Positions 45,373 through 56,039 of a stretch of 64,000 nucleotides of DNA are shown here, piece after piece (position 1 is the stretch's first letter; each line of letters starts with the position of its first letter). Below the pieces are notes generated by a model, which did not search any database, was not told the DNA's origin, and worked only from the letters and a program-made list of their open reading frames with translations. The stretch covers positions 1-64,000 of the forward strand of contig JAADVB010000002.1 in the NCBI GenBank assembly GCA_023334545.1, read 5' to 3'. The stretch is from Salisapilia sapeloensis CBS 127946. Its lineage: Eukaryota; Protista; Oomycota. Both the position numbers and the translations under genes were made by a program.

Positions 45373-46192
45373 GCCGTGTCTGCACGGAATCAGAGTTCAG
45401 AGAAGTTGGGGACCCATCTTTTGTAGCTCTATTAATGATAATCGAATCAGCACATTCTGCGTTCGCTGAGAAGTGCTGATTCGGACTAGCTATATGACGT
45501 TGCAATCTTTCATACCGTGCTCATATAATTTTCTCATCAAACGAGGAGTACACAAGCGAGTGGTCTCTCCTACTGATGGAAATAAGGCACCATATTCTTG
45601 GTCTAAATTGCTTCTCGTGCTCCATCCCTAGTCGAAACTGAGATTTCCATTGCCATGCTCACACCAGCATGATCTATGTGGAAGTTGCCACATATAGATG
45701 ATATTTCGGAGCGAATTAGGCCTGAATTGATATAGTCTTCAACGTCATCTACCTTTTCGTGCATTTCAATAAAGGCAATTCAAAAGACATAATACCGATC
45801 ACGGTTCGCACGTGGTTGTTCTCATGTTGCATTTTTGCCTCGCATAATTGCTGATTACCCTCTTGATGAGCACTGCCTTGCTTTTTTTTGGTCTATCTCT
45901 GTCTTAGTCTTGGATGCAAACAGGAAGAAACGATCTTCGGGAAGACTTCAGGTCACGCCTGGTGCTCAAAACGTGCAAATTTGAAAAAGCGCGTGAAAGA
46001 CTTGGTGAGCTCTACGCTTTACTTGCGCTATTGAGCTCTTCGCCATTTCATTGGGACGGATTACAGTGTGAGTCACAGGTGTCGCTCAACTATTCCGTCT
46101 AACACTGTACGATCTCTGTTCCGAAATAAAAGCGAAGGGCTCACTAACGCAAATAAATCGAAAGCAACTTCAACCCAAATGACTTTGGACGA
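45373..46192. repeat. Non-coding module copy 2 (about 330 bp extra at ~45568-45900), just upstream of aquaporin 1
   Basis: Same shared blocks as copy 1; two internal segments are reverse-complemented relative to copy 1. Confidence 0.85.
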
Positions 46193-46595
46193 TAATGCAG
46201 GGCCGGTAGGCTGGCATGGGATTAGCGTGTGCTGGGATGCACTTCAGATATCGCAAGTAACTCGAAAGCAATGCGCCTCGTTTCAAAACAGAACAAAATG
46301 CTGACAATAAAGCTCGCGCAACTTCAAGCGCGTAGCCCCAACCGATGCACAAAAAAGCAGAAACTTCAGTTTTTCGATAGCAAAAGACTGCCATATCACC
46401 TTAGTCTCGGTCAATTTAGACTCCTCGAGGATGCTTATGTGCACGGCTAGTACCCAATTCCATTGCGTCTATGAAGAATATGGCGGGTATCTATCTGGAT
46501 TGGATCGATTTTATCTCTGCACCAAGACCTTATTGAACACGAGGAGTATTCCCTTGACGTCGCAAATGCTTTTAAATCTTGTCACTTTTCCAAAA

Positions 46596-46610
46596 GCTCA
46601 CTTTGGATTT
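46596..46610 (+). promoter_or_regulatory. INR/FPR-like core promoter of aquaporin 1
   Basis: GCTCACTTTGGATTT about 60-70 nt before the ATG; resembles the oomycete GCTCATTYBNNNWTTT element and is conserved with the paralog. Confidence 0.6.
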
Positions 46611-46668
46611 AATCGCCTCGTGTCAAAGTGCATATCGCTCCTTTTGCTTCGCCCCTCGCTTTTAAAGC

Positions 46669-47547
46669 ATGTCGCTCGAATATAGGAACTCGCAAAACAA
46701 CGACAAGAACCCGACGGACTACGTCGATATGCAAGATGACCCCACCGTCTCCAATGTGAAAGAGTCTACACCCGAGCCGGATGACAAGTTTATTGTCAAA
46801 AGCGCGTACATGCGCGAGTGCATGGCCGAGTTTATCGGCACGATGATCCTCCTCCTCTTTGGTGACGGTGTCGTTGCGCAAGTGGTCCTTAGTGACTACA
46901 AGAATGGAACTTGGCTAAGCATCAATATCTGTTGGGGTCTCGGAGTTGTCTTTGGTATCCACGCTTCGGGTGGTATCTCCGGTGCCCACATCAACCCTGC
47001 TGTAACACTCACGATGGCAGTCTACCGCCGTATGCCTTGGTATAAGGTACCTGGTTACATTATCGCGCAGATGCTCGGTGGTTTTGTTGCCGCCCTCATC
47101 GTGTACGCCGTCTATTACCCGTGGATCAACCACGTTGACCCGGAAGGCAACTCTACCATGGGTGTATTCTGCACGTACCCGAACGACTTTACGCCGAACG
47201 CTAGCTGCTTCCTCAACGAAGTAGTCGGCTCGGCACTGCTCTTGGGACTCATCTTTGCGCTATGTGACGAGAAGAACAAGCCTGCAAGTAACTATTCGTT
47301 CCCAAATTCTGTGGGTCTAATCGTCGTAGCCATCGGTATGGCCTTTGGTATGGAATCTGGCTACGCCATCAACCCTGCACGTGACTTTGGTCCTCGTGTC
47401 GTTTCGGCAATTCACTATGGCTCCATCGTCTTCTCGTCGAATAACCACTATTTCTGGATTCCGATTGTGGCACCCCTGGTAGGTGGTGTAGCTGGCGCTG
47501 GGATCTATCTCATTGGCATCGAGAAGCATCACGTGAAAGCGAACTAA
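46669..47547 (+). CDS. Aquaglyceroporin (MIP family) paralog 1
   Basis: SGAHINPAVT and GYAINPARDFGPR; W/G/Y/R ar/R filter; intronless. Confidence 0.97.
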   Translation: MSLEYRNSQNNDKNPTDYVDMQDDPTVSNVKESTPEPDDKFIVKSAYMRECMAEFIGTMILLLFGDGVVAQVVLSDYKNGTWLSINICWGLGVVFGIHASGGISGAHINPAVTLTMAVYRRMPWYKVPGYIIAQMLGGFVAALIVYAVYYPWINHVDPEGNSTMGVFCTYPNDFTPNASCFLNEVVGSALLLGLIFALCDEKNKPASNYSFPNSVGLIVVAIGMAFGMESGYAINPARDFGPRVVSAIHYGSIVFSSNNHYFWIPIVAPLVGGVAGAGIYLIGIEKHHVKAN

Positions 47548-50149
47548 GCGTAATCTACAGCAAAGCACCCATTTACTTTCCGGCGCCCATTCATTAATGT
47601 AGTCTGCGCAGTTGATAAACACGCTTGCAATGTTTGCTCACTTATGTGCTGTTGTCTGTTGTCTTTTGGTGGCTGATATCGCAATACTAACAAATGTTCT
47701 CTTTGAGATGCTTTTCCGTGTCATTTGCGTTTTAGTCGTGAAGACTGTCTTTAAAAGTTGTCCAGCCTCAGATTTCGCTTTCTAGGCGCATTACTCGATT
47801 TGCTCTAAGACTGCTATATATCTAGGTATGCATCCATCTTGTCAACCTCGCATATACTGGCAAATAAAACGGTCAGCTGAAGATCTAAGCGAAAGATACC
47901 TTGCATCTGAGACTTTTATTCTGTCTATAATAAGTTACTTGGTACACGTACACAGTATCGATTACGCTGTAAGCTTGCGTTACGATTGATGGCACATGTA
48001 GAAGCTGACACTGCCTTCTACGCCAGTGCCCTACATGGTCTACCCTACCTTTGTGCGTCAGATTCAAGCACCATTTCTACGTGCCTAAAGTTTAGCTAAG
48101 GAGGTCTTAGATAGTTTCATGATCTTCATGCTGGACGCCACCGTTGCCTACGTACACTGCCTCTGCAGATTTGAATGCACGATAGAAATGAGCACGAAGG
48201 TAGAGACATGGCAGGAGACCTGCTCAAGCTGTATTGTGAGGTCTTCTCGAATACGAAGTCTACCGCTTGTGTCATGGCCATGTTCCCGATATAAGCTTTG
48301 CAAAAAAATTGCTTTATATTTATTGGAAGAGTTCCACTACAGATTACTAGACACATGCTGAATGAATGCAGAGACCTCTTTGCAATGTGCATGAATGTCG
48401 CTTGACTACAGCCACTCTTTGAACATGAACATATCGCTGTTAAAGCCAAAGTACACTTTAAACCTGGTATCAAAACAAAAGTAGCGACTCTTTTCCCAAC
48501 TGTAAGTCTGGATCTTGTGTTCTTGGTCGACATTGACTCGGGGTGTATCGTGAAGTGTTCGCTACTTGATACCGCAATTATGTATGAGAACAAGTGGAAA
48601 CTTAACGGTTTACGTATGTGCATGCTGAAATGTTTTTAGAGAGGTACATACAGTTCATCCTAACTTTTTGAAATCCTTTTACTTTCCCCGCTAAAGATAC
48701 ATGTGCGTACTAAATGGTGGGCTGTGGTAAGATGTGGCAGGATCCTAGTAACTTCAACATGGCTTCAGCACAACTTCAATGCGCCCTTACATTTCAAACG
48801 TGTCGTCCGAATCCAAGACATTTGAGTCTTTTGATGCATTGCCAAGTAATGAAAAGAAGTTAAGAATAGATAGTGAATCTTTCCAGTTGTACTTAAGAGT
48901 ACTTAGAAGATTAAAATAAATTGGACTTGTATTCCGTGGAAAGCGCATTGAAATGGAGGAACGACAGCAAGATTTGCAAAGTATATGAGTCACTTAAAGA
49001 CTGAGTTATCACATATTTCAGCTTACAAAAGGCTACATGACAAAGCTGGTGTAGGTGTGAAACGTAAACGAGAGCAGGAATATAGTTATCATAACAAGAG
49101 CGAGTAATGTCTGGAGTAGATTACCGGTAATGCAGACCTACTAATCGACTAATTTCAGGTACCGATGACATTAACTTCCGCTGAGCATATGCAGCGTAAG
49201 GCTCTGCATATGTATAGCGTGAGCACAACGAGAGATCCTGAGCATCAAGAAAGAAAGAGTAAATTGTATCGGCGCAATAGCTATATTTGATAGCACGTGC
49301 CATATCGGTATTTGGAATGAGCAACAAATGCTTGTGCTGTTCAGATAAATACTGGCATGTTAAACCGTTTCTAGTCTCGAGTCATTTTTTGGCTATTGGC
49401 ATTCACTTTCGTATTGATCTAGGTAATGATACTATGAAATAGACTGAGCTATCATACGCAAAAAGAGTCTCGAGTCTAGTCCAGAAACGTAGGTGTCTTG
49501 CTCCTTCATAATAACCACCTTAATTTGATCGCTAAGATGTGAAATTCGTCCACCTCGAAAACACGCATTAAACCAGATATAAATACTGCTCCGTGCTCGC
49601 TTAGTCATTCTCTCACCATGACTGTGGACGGACTATACAAGAGCCAAGTACTCAAATTTACCAATTAGTAAAATAATCTGATAATGCCGTTACTTTCGTT
49701 ATCAGGCCTGGGAGGAGTGTGGGACTTGCTCTTATTACCTCGAAAGTTATAAAGACGCTTGCAGTTGAATAACGAGAGGATCTGGAATTATTGACATCGT
49801 TTAAATTTGCTTGTCTATCATCTACAATCGTCATCTTTGGCAGCTTGAACCCCAATTTTCTGCAGTTGATTAAAGCCATCGACTCAGGTGCTTTCACAGC
49901 AGATACAAAAAAGGATTGGCATCGAGTCATCATGACTCTCCGGATGTTTAACTATGCTGTACGTTTTTTTGCCCGAGGTACGTTACCATATCTAACGCAA
50001 AGCAGCCCAGAAGGAGATGTATAAAGCACTTCAGCAGTGTATTCCTCCGTATCGTCTCCACTTGAAGGAATGGTTTTGCGTCTCCGTACTATTTCTAAAT
50101 TGATAAGCTAGTACTGTTTTTTTTAAATTATGCCGACGCAGTGGACGGC

Positions 50150-51516
50150 AGATGCATACAAAGCCTTTGCCTTCTCGAAGGAAACGAAGGCTGCTTGCAA
50201 GCGCGTCGCGATGACACTTGTCCACGAAGCGCTTCGACACGATTAAAGTTTGACCAGTCTGTGCCTGGGGAAATGGACAGCAAACGTTGGAAATCATCAA
50301 GTCGTCCAACAATGTGACCATGTACCAAGAAATAAACCGTTTTGACGTGTCGTGAAAGATTCCTACACCGGTTGTGCTGGATGGCAATTGCCTCGTGTCA
50401 TCGTCGGCAACGGGACAATCTCAAGAACCATTGATGAGCTCTTGTATGGTCTTGCGTTCCGAGATGAAGAATCCCTTTTGCAAGATACAAGTTACTTGGG
50501 ATTACCAGTGACAATTTGTCAAATTCTCTCGACAATCAAGAAGTCAGCCCTGGAACATCCATTCCAATGCACTGTTATCCAGAGAAATTCTGGTAGTCCA
50601 AGTCCAGCTCTTCGAGGTATTATTAAAGACCGAGACGGTGTCTATCTCCGAGCGTGTGGAATTTTACAAGTCGATGAAGATGAACATGTAGGATACGCCC
50701 TTATGCATTCAATCGACTTACCGTCTACCCCTCCGCTTAAAGGAAGAGGAACCATACGGTCTCGTGCTTCATGTTGCCTTCTATTTAAGCCCATTGCAAA
50801 CTAATCGATTGACTTATTCATCAAAAGATATCATAAAGTATTTGCGAATGATATTCTCGATTCTGTTGCCGTGATCACCGTGACCAGTGCACTCATGAGT
50901 TCTTGAGCATCCACGCAGTATGTGAAGGAAAGTAAACTTCCGTGGCTTCTTCAGAGGAAAAACGTGAACAAAGATGATGCCATTAGCTTGACTGGAAACC
51001 GCGAGGCTGGAAGCAGCTCCAATTATTGGTCCTGCACCAAGCGATTTGGCCTCTTGCGCAAAGCTTACCCATCCACTTTGTGTGAGTCATCCGTCTGTGC
51101 GGAATGCGTTCTTCCTTTTGAACAACTCGATGTCGCTCCAAAGTTAAAGCTCATGGCCAGGAAGGTCCAGCTCTGTCCAGCTTGTCAGTCAAGTCAATCC
51201 GTATAAAGTTGCGCGACAAGGAATTCTAGCTGGACGATATGAAGGAACTGGAAACGGATCCACGATCCTAGACCTTTCTAGGGACTCTCAGCTAACCGAA
51301 GAGTCGAGTGCTTTGCTAGGCAAAGAAACGTGTCCAGGTGAATTCTACGAGTTTGACTCGAAGCAACTTATTCCGTCACGTGAAGGCTCGATAGACACCT
51401 TTGCTCAGTTGACTTCGTCCAAAGACGTCGCTCAGATATTCAAGTTCAAAGCAAAATCCTCGAAGGCTCTCTCACACGAGATGATGGAAATGGAGGAGAG
51501 GAATTGGAAACCTTGA
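50150..51516 (+). pseudogene. Degraded START-like + FYVE-like oomycete family gene
   Basis: Family-like segments DSKRW.., GNGTISRTIDELLYG, KDRDGVYLRACG, GYALMHSIDLP, SKLPWLL, SVCAEC, KVARQGI. Broken by in-frame stops (50802 TAA, ~50910 TGA, 51204 TAA) and at least 2 frameshifts. Confidence 0.7.
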
Positions 51517-52913
51517 TTGAAAATGTACGGAGGGCAGCATTTCAGAGCTCGACCTGAAAGGCCAAGAACGTGGTCGGCAGCTGGCGTGGCTGAAGATGAC
51601 TGACCAGCGACTCCGGCAGGACAATTAAATCATTGCAGGTCAAGAGAAAGAAAAACCGTGGCGCTTAAGCTGTGAAGTTAGGCTCGAAACCATTTGCATT
51701 CATGGGCGGTAGGCTCTTTTACGTTTCTTCCAACGTGTTTCGTACGTCTGTGGTACTTTTTAACTAAGCTTGCTCTCAGCGGATTAAAGTACGTCTCGAT
51801 AGCCTTTTAAAGCATTTTCAGCTGCAACTTCTGTCGCCAAGTGGTTCATACTTTTGCGAGTAGACTCGATTACTTCGTTGTCATGACAAGCCTTGGTTCT
51901 ATTTCAGGAAACGGGCGAACAGTTTGAAATATTTCTTTCAAAGTACATCTCTATCTTCAAATGCGAAGTACTATCAATACTTGAAAATTCAATACGGAAG
52001 TGTCTCCGGCGATGAATTGCTGAATGCAAATAGCTTAGCTACACCCGCGCCATAGCATTTTATTTTGAAAGGCCGATACTGGCACAAATTTTGTCTTTCA
52101 TTGCATTCTGGTCACATGCTACAAAGTATCATGGGGCATAAAAGTGAGCCATGTTCCCCGTGTACAAGCGTCAAGTGTTGAGAATGTCCACTTCTTCGAA
52201 AACGATATATCCAGCGAATCTAGTCATTGTCGATCATCTTCACGTGGTATCTTGGTCTTGGGTTAAGTTGTTGTTTAGATTGCAAGTGAACGAATGGACT
52301 GTATTGCTCGGTTAGCTAGTCTTGTCGAAGTTCTATAGCTCGTATGCATATTAGTGGCTACTTCAACTTCGTCGGACCAGGTGAGTCTTGTAGCTGCCAC
52401 TGGTATCGGTCGTGCGCCATCCACAGTCAAATCCATGCTTCGTAGCTTCTGGTTATTGTTCCGTACCTTGTTGCCCAGAACCTCTACTAGAGGGTGATAA
52501 ACGACACTTGGCAGTCTAATTCTCGGGTGAAATAAAAAGTAGCGATAATTAACCGTGTCCACGTAAATTGTCGTCTTCGCAATGGTTGATACGACGAGAG
52601 AGTGGGCCGCAGGAACTTTGATTACATATACGCTGACAGGATTGACATCATACGCACAAAGTGACGAGATCTACTATCTCGTGGTAGTCATATCCAATAT
52701 CTTGTATGTTAATGCGGCTCTATATTAATATATAGCTATTGTTGATCGATTCTTTGCAAATAAGAAGCGTACTGCGCTCTCTGTTGTAAGAACTTCTAGA
52801 GAGATCATGATGCAGGTTTACGCCACTGCTTACCGTTTTAATTAGGGCTAGATTTGACGAGTGTAAGTTCAAGCACTCTAATTCCTATAGGGAAACTTGT
52901 ACTGAGCGGCATC

Positions 52914-52938
52914 AGCACGTTGCATGCTGCAACGTGCT
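52914..52938. repeat. Perfect 11-bp inverted repeat with 3-nt loop
   Basis: AGCACGTTGCA-TGC-TGCAACGTGCT. Confidence 0.8.
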
Positions 52939-54398
52939 AGCTTGGTGCTATTTAGATGACAAAGCTTTGCATCTTTTGTTTTGTCATAAGCTTTCTATTT
53001 CAAGTAGCAAAATGGTATCTGAAGTTTCTGCATGGTTTCTGAATCTCACCAGTCTTTCTTGGATGACATGACGTTATTGATCGGCATACATGGCTGTTCA
53101 TAAGAACACTTATTGTCGATTGTTAGCAGTCACTTGGAGCTACTTCGATGATAACTTCGGTCTTTCAAGCTCTTTTCATATATCTTGATTTAAACGAGTC
53201 CCAAGCTACGCTCACGCTACATTTATCACGAGGCTATTCGATTTCGAGATGCGTACCAAGCGAAAGGTGCTTCAAGAATCGCAGTACCTTTTCCAACACA
53301 GCAGTCATCACTACAGGACGACGAGGATTGAGAGAGAGCGAAGGGTACGTAATTCGAAATGATGCACATCTGAAGCGAGAAGCTGACGAATTGACTGATA
53401 TCATTGTATCGCAGGAGCGCATGCGCAAAAGGACAATAGACAGCCACGAATATATCGTTGCGTGGACACTGCGACTTGGTCATGCACCAGTATGAAAGCA
53501 TGCAGACGAGACGACGCAACTGTATTATAAAGTAGAAACGTTACACGCACGGCAGCAAGGATACACTTTTCCCTCGTACGACGCATCTTCGTTTAACGAT
53601 TTAAAACGTTCTTTGATTTTGCACGTGAAGTTAACATGGCTCTAGAAGATTTGAAAGAGCTTGGCAGCTCTGCACGACGATGTCAGTGACAGCACATCTG
53701 GAGTCGTTCCCACAGCCCGCTCTAGATGCTCAACTAGTCAGGGGAGTGGAAGATTGACGACCTACCATTCAAAGAGGGTGCTCGACCAGAAGTCTGTTCA
53801 CGATGGCTATCAAGTCGACCGATATGCGAATGTGTATCCGCGATGGTCTTGTTTTTGGCGCCGAAGCAATGTCGTTGATGCTCTATCGAAGGAATAAGAG
53901 GGAATAGGGCCGTATCCATAAACGATCTGTGTCTAACGGATCTGCCTCCAGTCTTATCGTCATCTCCTTCAGACAAAGCACACCTGTGGAATCGCAAATG
54001 CACGTCTAGCCGGACGTCATGTAAAAGGGATTTATCGCAGGAAGTGTCAATCGAGCACTGACTGCGACTTGCTTACGCAACGAAATGCTTGGACTGGACT
54101 GGGCCAACTGCTTGAAGCTGCGTCAGGTTCAAGGATGTAACCCCAAACGGCGCGCATAGGTCGGACGCTTCAGTCTTCCAGCTGAAGTTTGCGGATCGAT
54201 TGACTGACGCTTGGCTGGTCTCCATCGACTTAGCGTCCTCCGAATGTGGATAAATCTCTATTTCGTCTCGTCTATCACGACGTGGTTGACTAATCACCTG
54301 GTTTGAACCTCTTTCACCGAGGTCCGAAGACCTTCTTCAACGCGCCTCGGATTCTCATCACATCGTAAGAATTTTTAAATCCTGCCGGTTCTGTGGCA

Positions 54399-54413
54399 GC
54401 TCATTTCGGATTT
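54399..54413 (+). promoter_or_regulatory. INR/FPR-like core promoter of aquaporin 2
   Basis: GCTCATTTCGGATTT about 60-75 nt upstream of the ATG; preceded by TTTAAATC as in paralog 1. Confidence 0.65.
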
Positions 54414-54474
54414 ATTCGTCTCGAGCACAAGTTCACATCACTCTCTTATTCGTGTAAAACCTCGCCGATACAAC

Positions 54475-55350
54475 ATGTCGCTCGAATACAGGAACTCGCA
54501 AAACCACGACAAGAACACGACGGACTACATCGACATGCCGGATGATGCCGACGCACCGGTGGTCAAGGACTCAACCAACAATGACGAACGATTCATGGTC
54601 AAGAGCGCATATTTGCGTGAATGTATGGCCGAGGTGCTCGGCACGATGGTCCTCATCCTTTTTGGTGATGGTGTCGTCGCGCAAGTCGTGCTCAGTGGTA
54701 ACTCGAACGGAAGCTACTTGAGCATCAATCTGTGCTGGGGTCTCGGTGTCGTCTTCGGTATTCACGCCTCAGGTGGTATCTCTGGTGCTCACATTAATCC
54801 TGCTGTCACGATCACGAACGCTGTCTATGGTCGTATGCCATGGTACAAGGTACCTGGCTACATTCTCGCACAATTGATTGGTGCGTTCCTGGGTGGTCTT
54901 ATCGTCCTTGCTGTCTACCACCCATGGATCAACCATGTGGACCCGAACGGCACGGAAACGTTAGGCATCTTCTGCACGTACCCGAACGACTTTACGCCGA
55001 ACGCTAGCTGCTTCCTTAACGAAGTTGTCGGCTCGGCACTGCTCTTGGGACTCATCTTTGCGCTATGTGACGAGAAGAACAAGCCTGCCAGCGTTTACTC
55101 GTTCCCGAACGCCGTCGGTCTTCTCGTCGTGGCCATCGGTATGGCCTTTGGTATGGAATCTGGCTACGCCATCAACCCTGCACGTGATCTTGGTCCTCGC
55201 CTCGCTTCGGGCATCCACTATGGCTCCGTCGTCTTCTCGTCGAACAACTACTACTTCTGGATTCCGCTCGTAGCGCCCGTGATCGGTGGTATTCTTGGCG
55301 CTGGAATCTATCTTCTGACGATCGAGAAGCATCACGTGAAGGCGAAGTAA
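54475..55350 (+). CDS. Aquaglyceroporin (MIP family) paralog 2
   Basis: SGAHINPAVT and GYAINPARDLGPR; highly similar to 46669-47547. Confidence 0.97.
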   Translation: MSLEYRNSQNHDKNTTDYIDMPDDADAPVVKDSTNNDERFMVKSAYLRECMAEVLGTMVLILFGDGVVAQVVLSGNSNGSYLSINLCWGLGVVFGIHASGGISGAHINPAVTITNAVYGRMPWYKVPGYILAQLIGAFLGGLIVLAVYHPWINHVDPNGTETLGIFCTYPNDFTPNASCFLNEVVGSALLLGLIFALCDEKNKPASVYSFPNAVGLLVVAIGMAFGMESGYAINPARDLGPRLASGIHYGSVVFSSNNYYFWIPLVAPVIGGILGAGIYLLTIEKHHVKAK

Positions 55351-56039
55351 GGATGGTTTAGAGCAAAGCATCCATTTACTTTCTAGCACTCTTTTCATTG
55401 GTATAGTGTGGAAGTCGTCGTGAACATGATTGCAATGTTTGTCCGTAGCTTGTGTATCGTTGTTGGTTGTCTCTATGTGTGTATACGAGCTCATTTAACG
55501 GATATCGTTGATTGACATGGTGAAGGTGCATCTGTCGCTTTTGATGTGCATGAATTGCTATGAATGGAGCTCCTCGGACTGTCTGCCGTTAGCGCTTGCT
55601 GATACGTATGACGCTGGATGTAGGTAAACGACATAAGTTCCAGATAAAGTACAAGCATATTTACTTGGCAGATGCACAGTACGAACTATTTTCCAACTGC
55701 TAGACACGCACGAGTTTGCGACTGGATCCGTGTCATATCGACCTCCAATACGACAACATTGGAAATGGTAGGTTAGAATACAAGTAAAGAAACTTTCGTG
55801 CAATAAATTTATTCATATAACAAGTCCATCTATACATCCATACACCATTAATGGAGCTCTACACTTGCAGGAGTAGTGAGGCTTCTTCCAGCTTACTCTA
55901 CCTTCTCCATCCCATTCCATTTCATCCTGATGCCTTTTAACCGTTCGTCCAATCATCAGTCTATATTTCCTTATACCATCCAATCAAATTCCATAGAAAT
56001 GATATGAAATCGCTGGACACTTTTAAAAGCCGATAAGCC

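Noticed and set aside
43623-45490. Hairpin followed by CTAG/CTAC as a Helitron 3' end
   Set aside because: Spacing to CTAG is only 3-7 nt, and homology between the copies continues on both sides of it.
43865-46159. 144-bp inverted-repeat unit as an independently inserted MITE, tRNA or CRISPR repeat
   Set aside because: Arms align directly while only the core is flipped; no TSD, cloverleaf or repeat-spacer periodicity was seen.
48126-48623. 165-aa minus ORF and stop-broken + strand frame
   Set aside because: No recognisable domain; composition is atypical of genes in this window.
49600-50024. TATA+INR-like promoter with a kinase-like broken frame
   Set aside because: The ATG frame stops after 16 codons and the kinase resemblance is too weak.
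53148-53600. 115-aa ORF faintly like a START-family N-terminus
   Set aside because: No downstream family motifs found; not supportable by eye.
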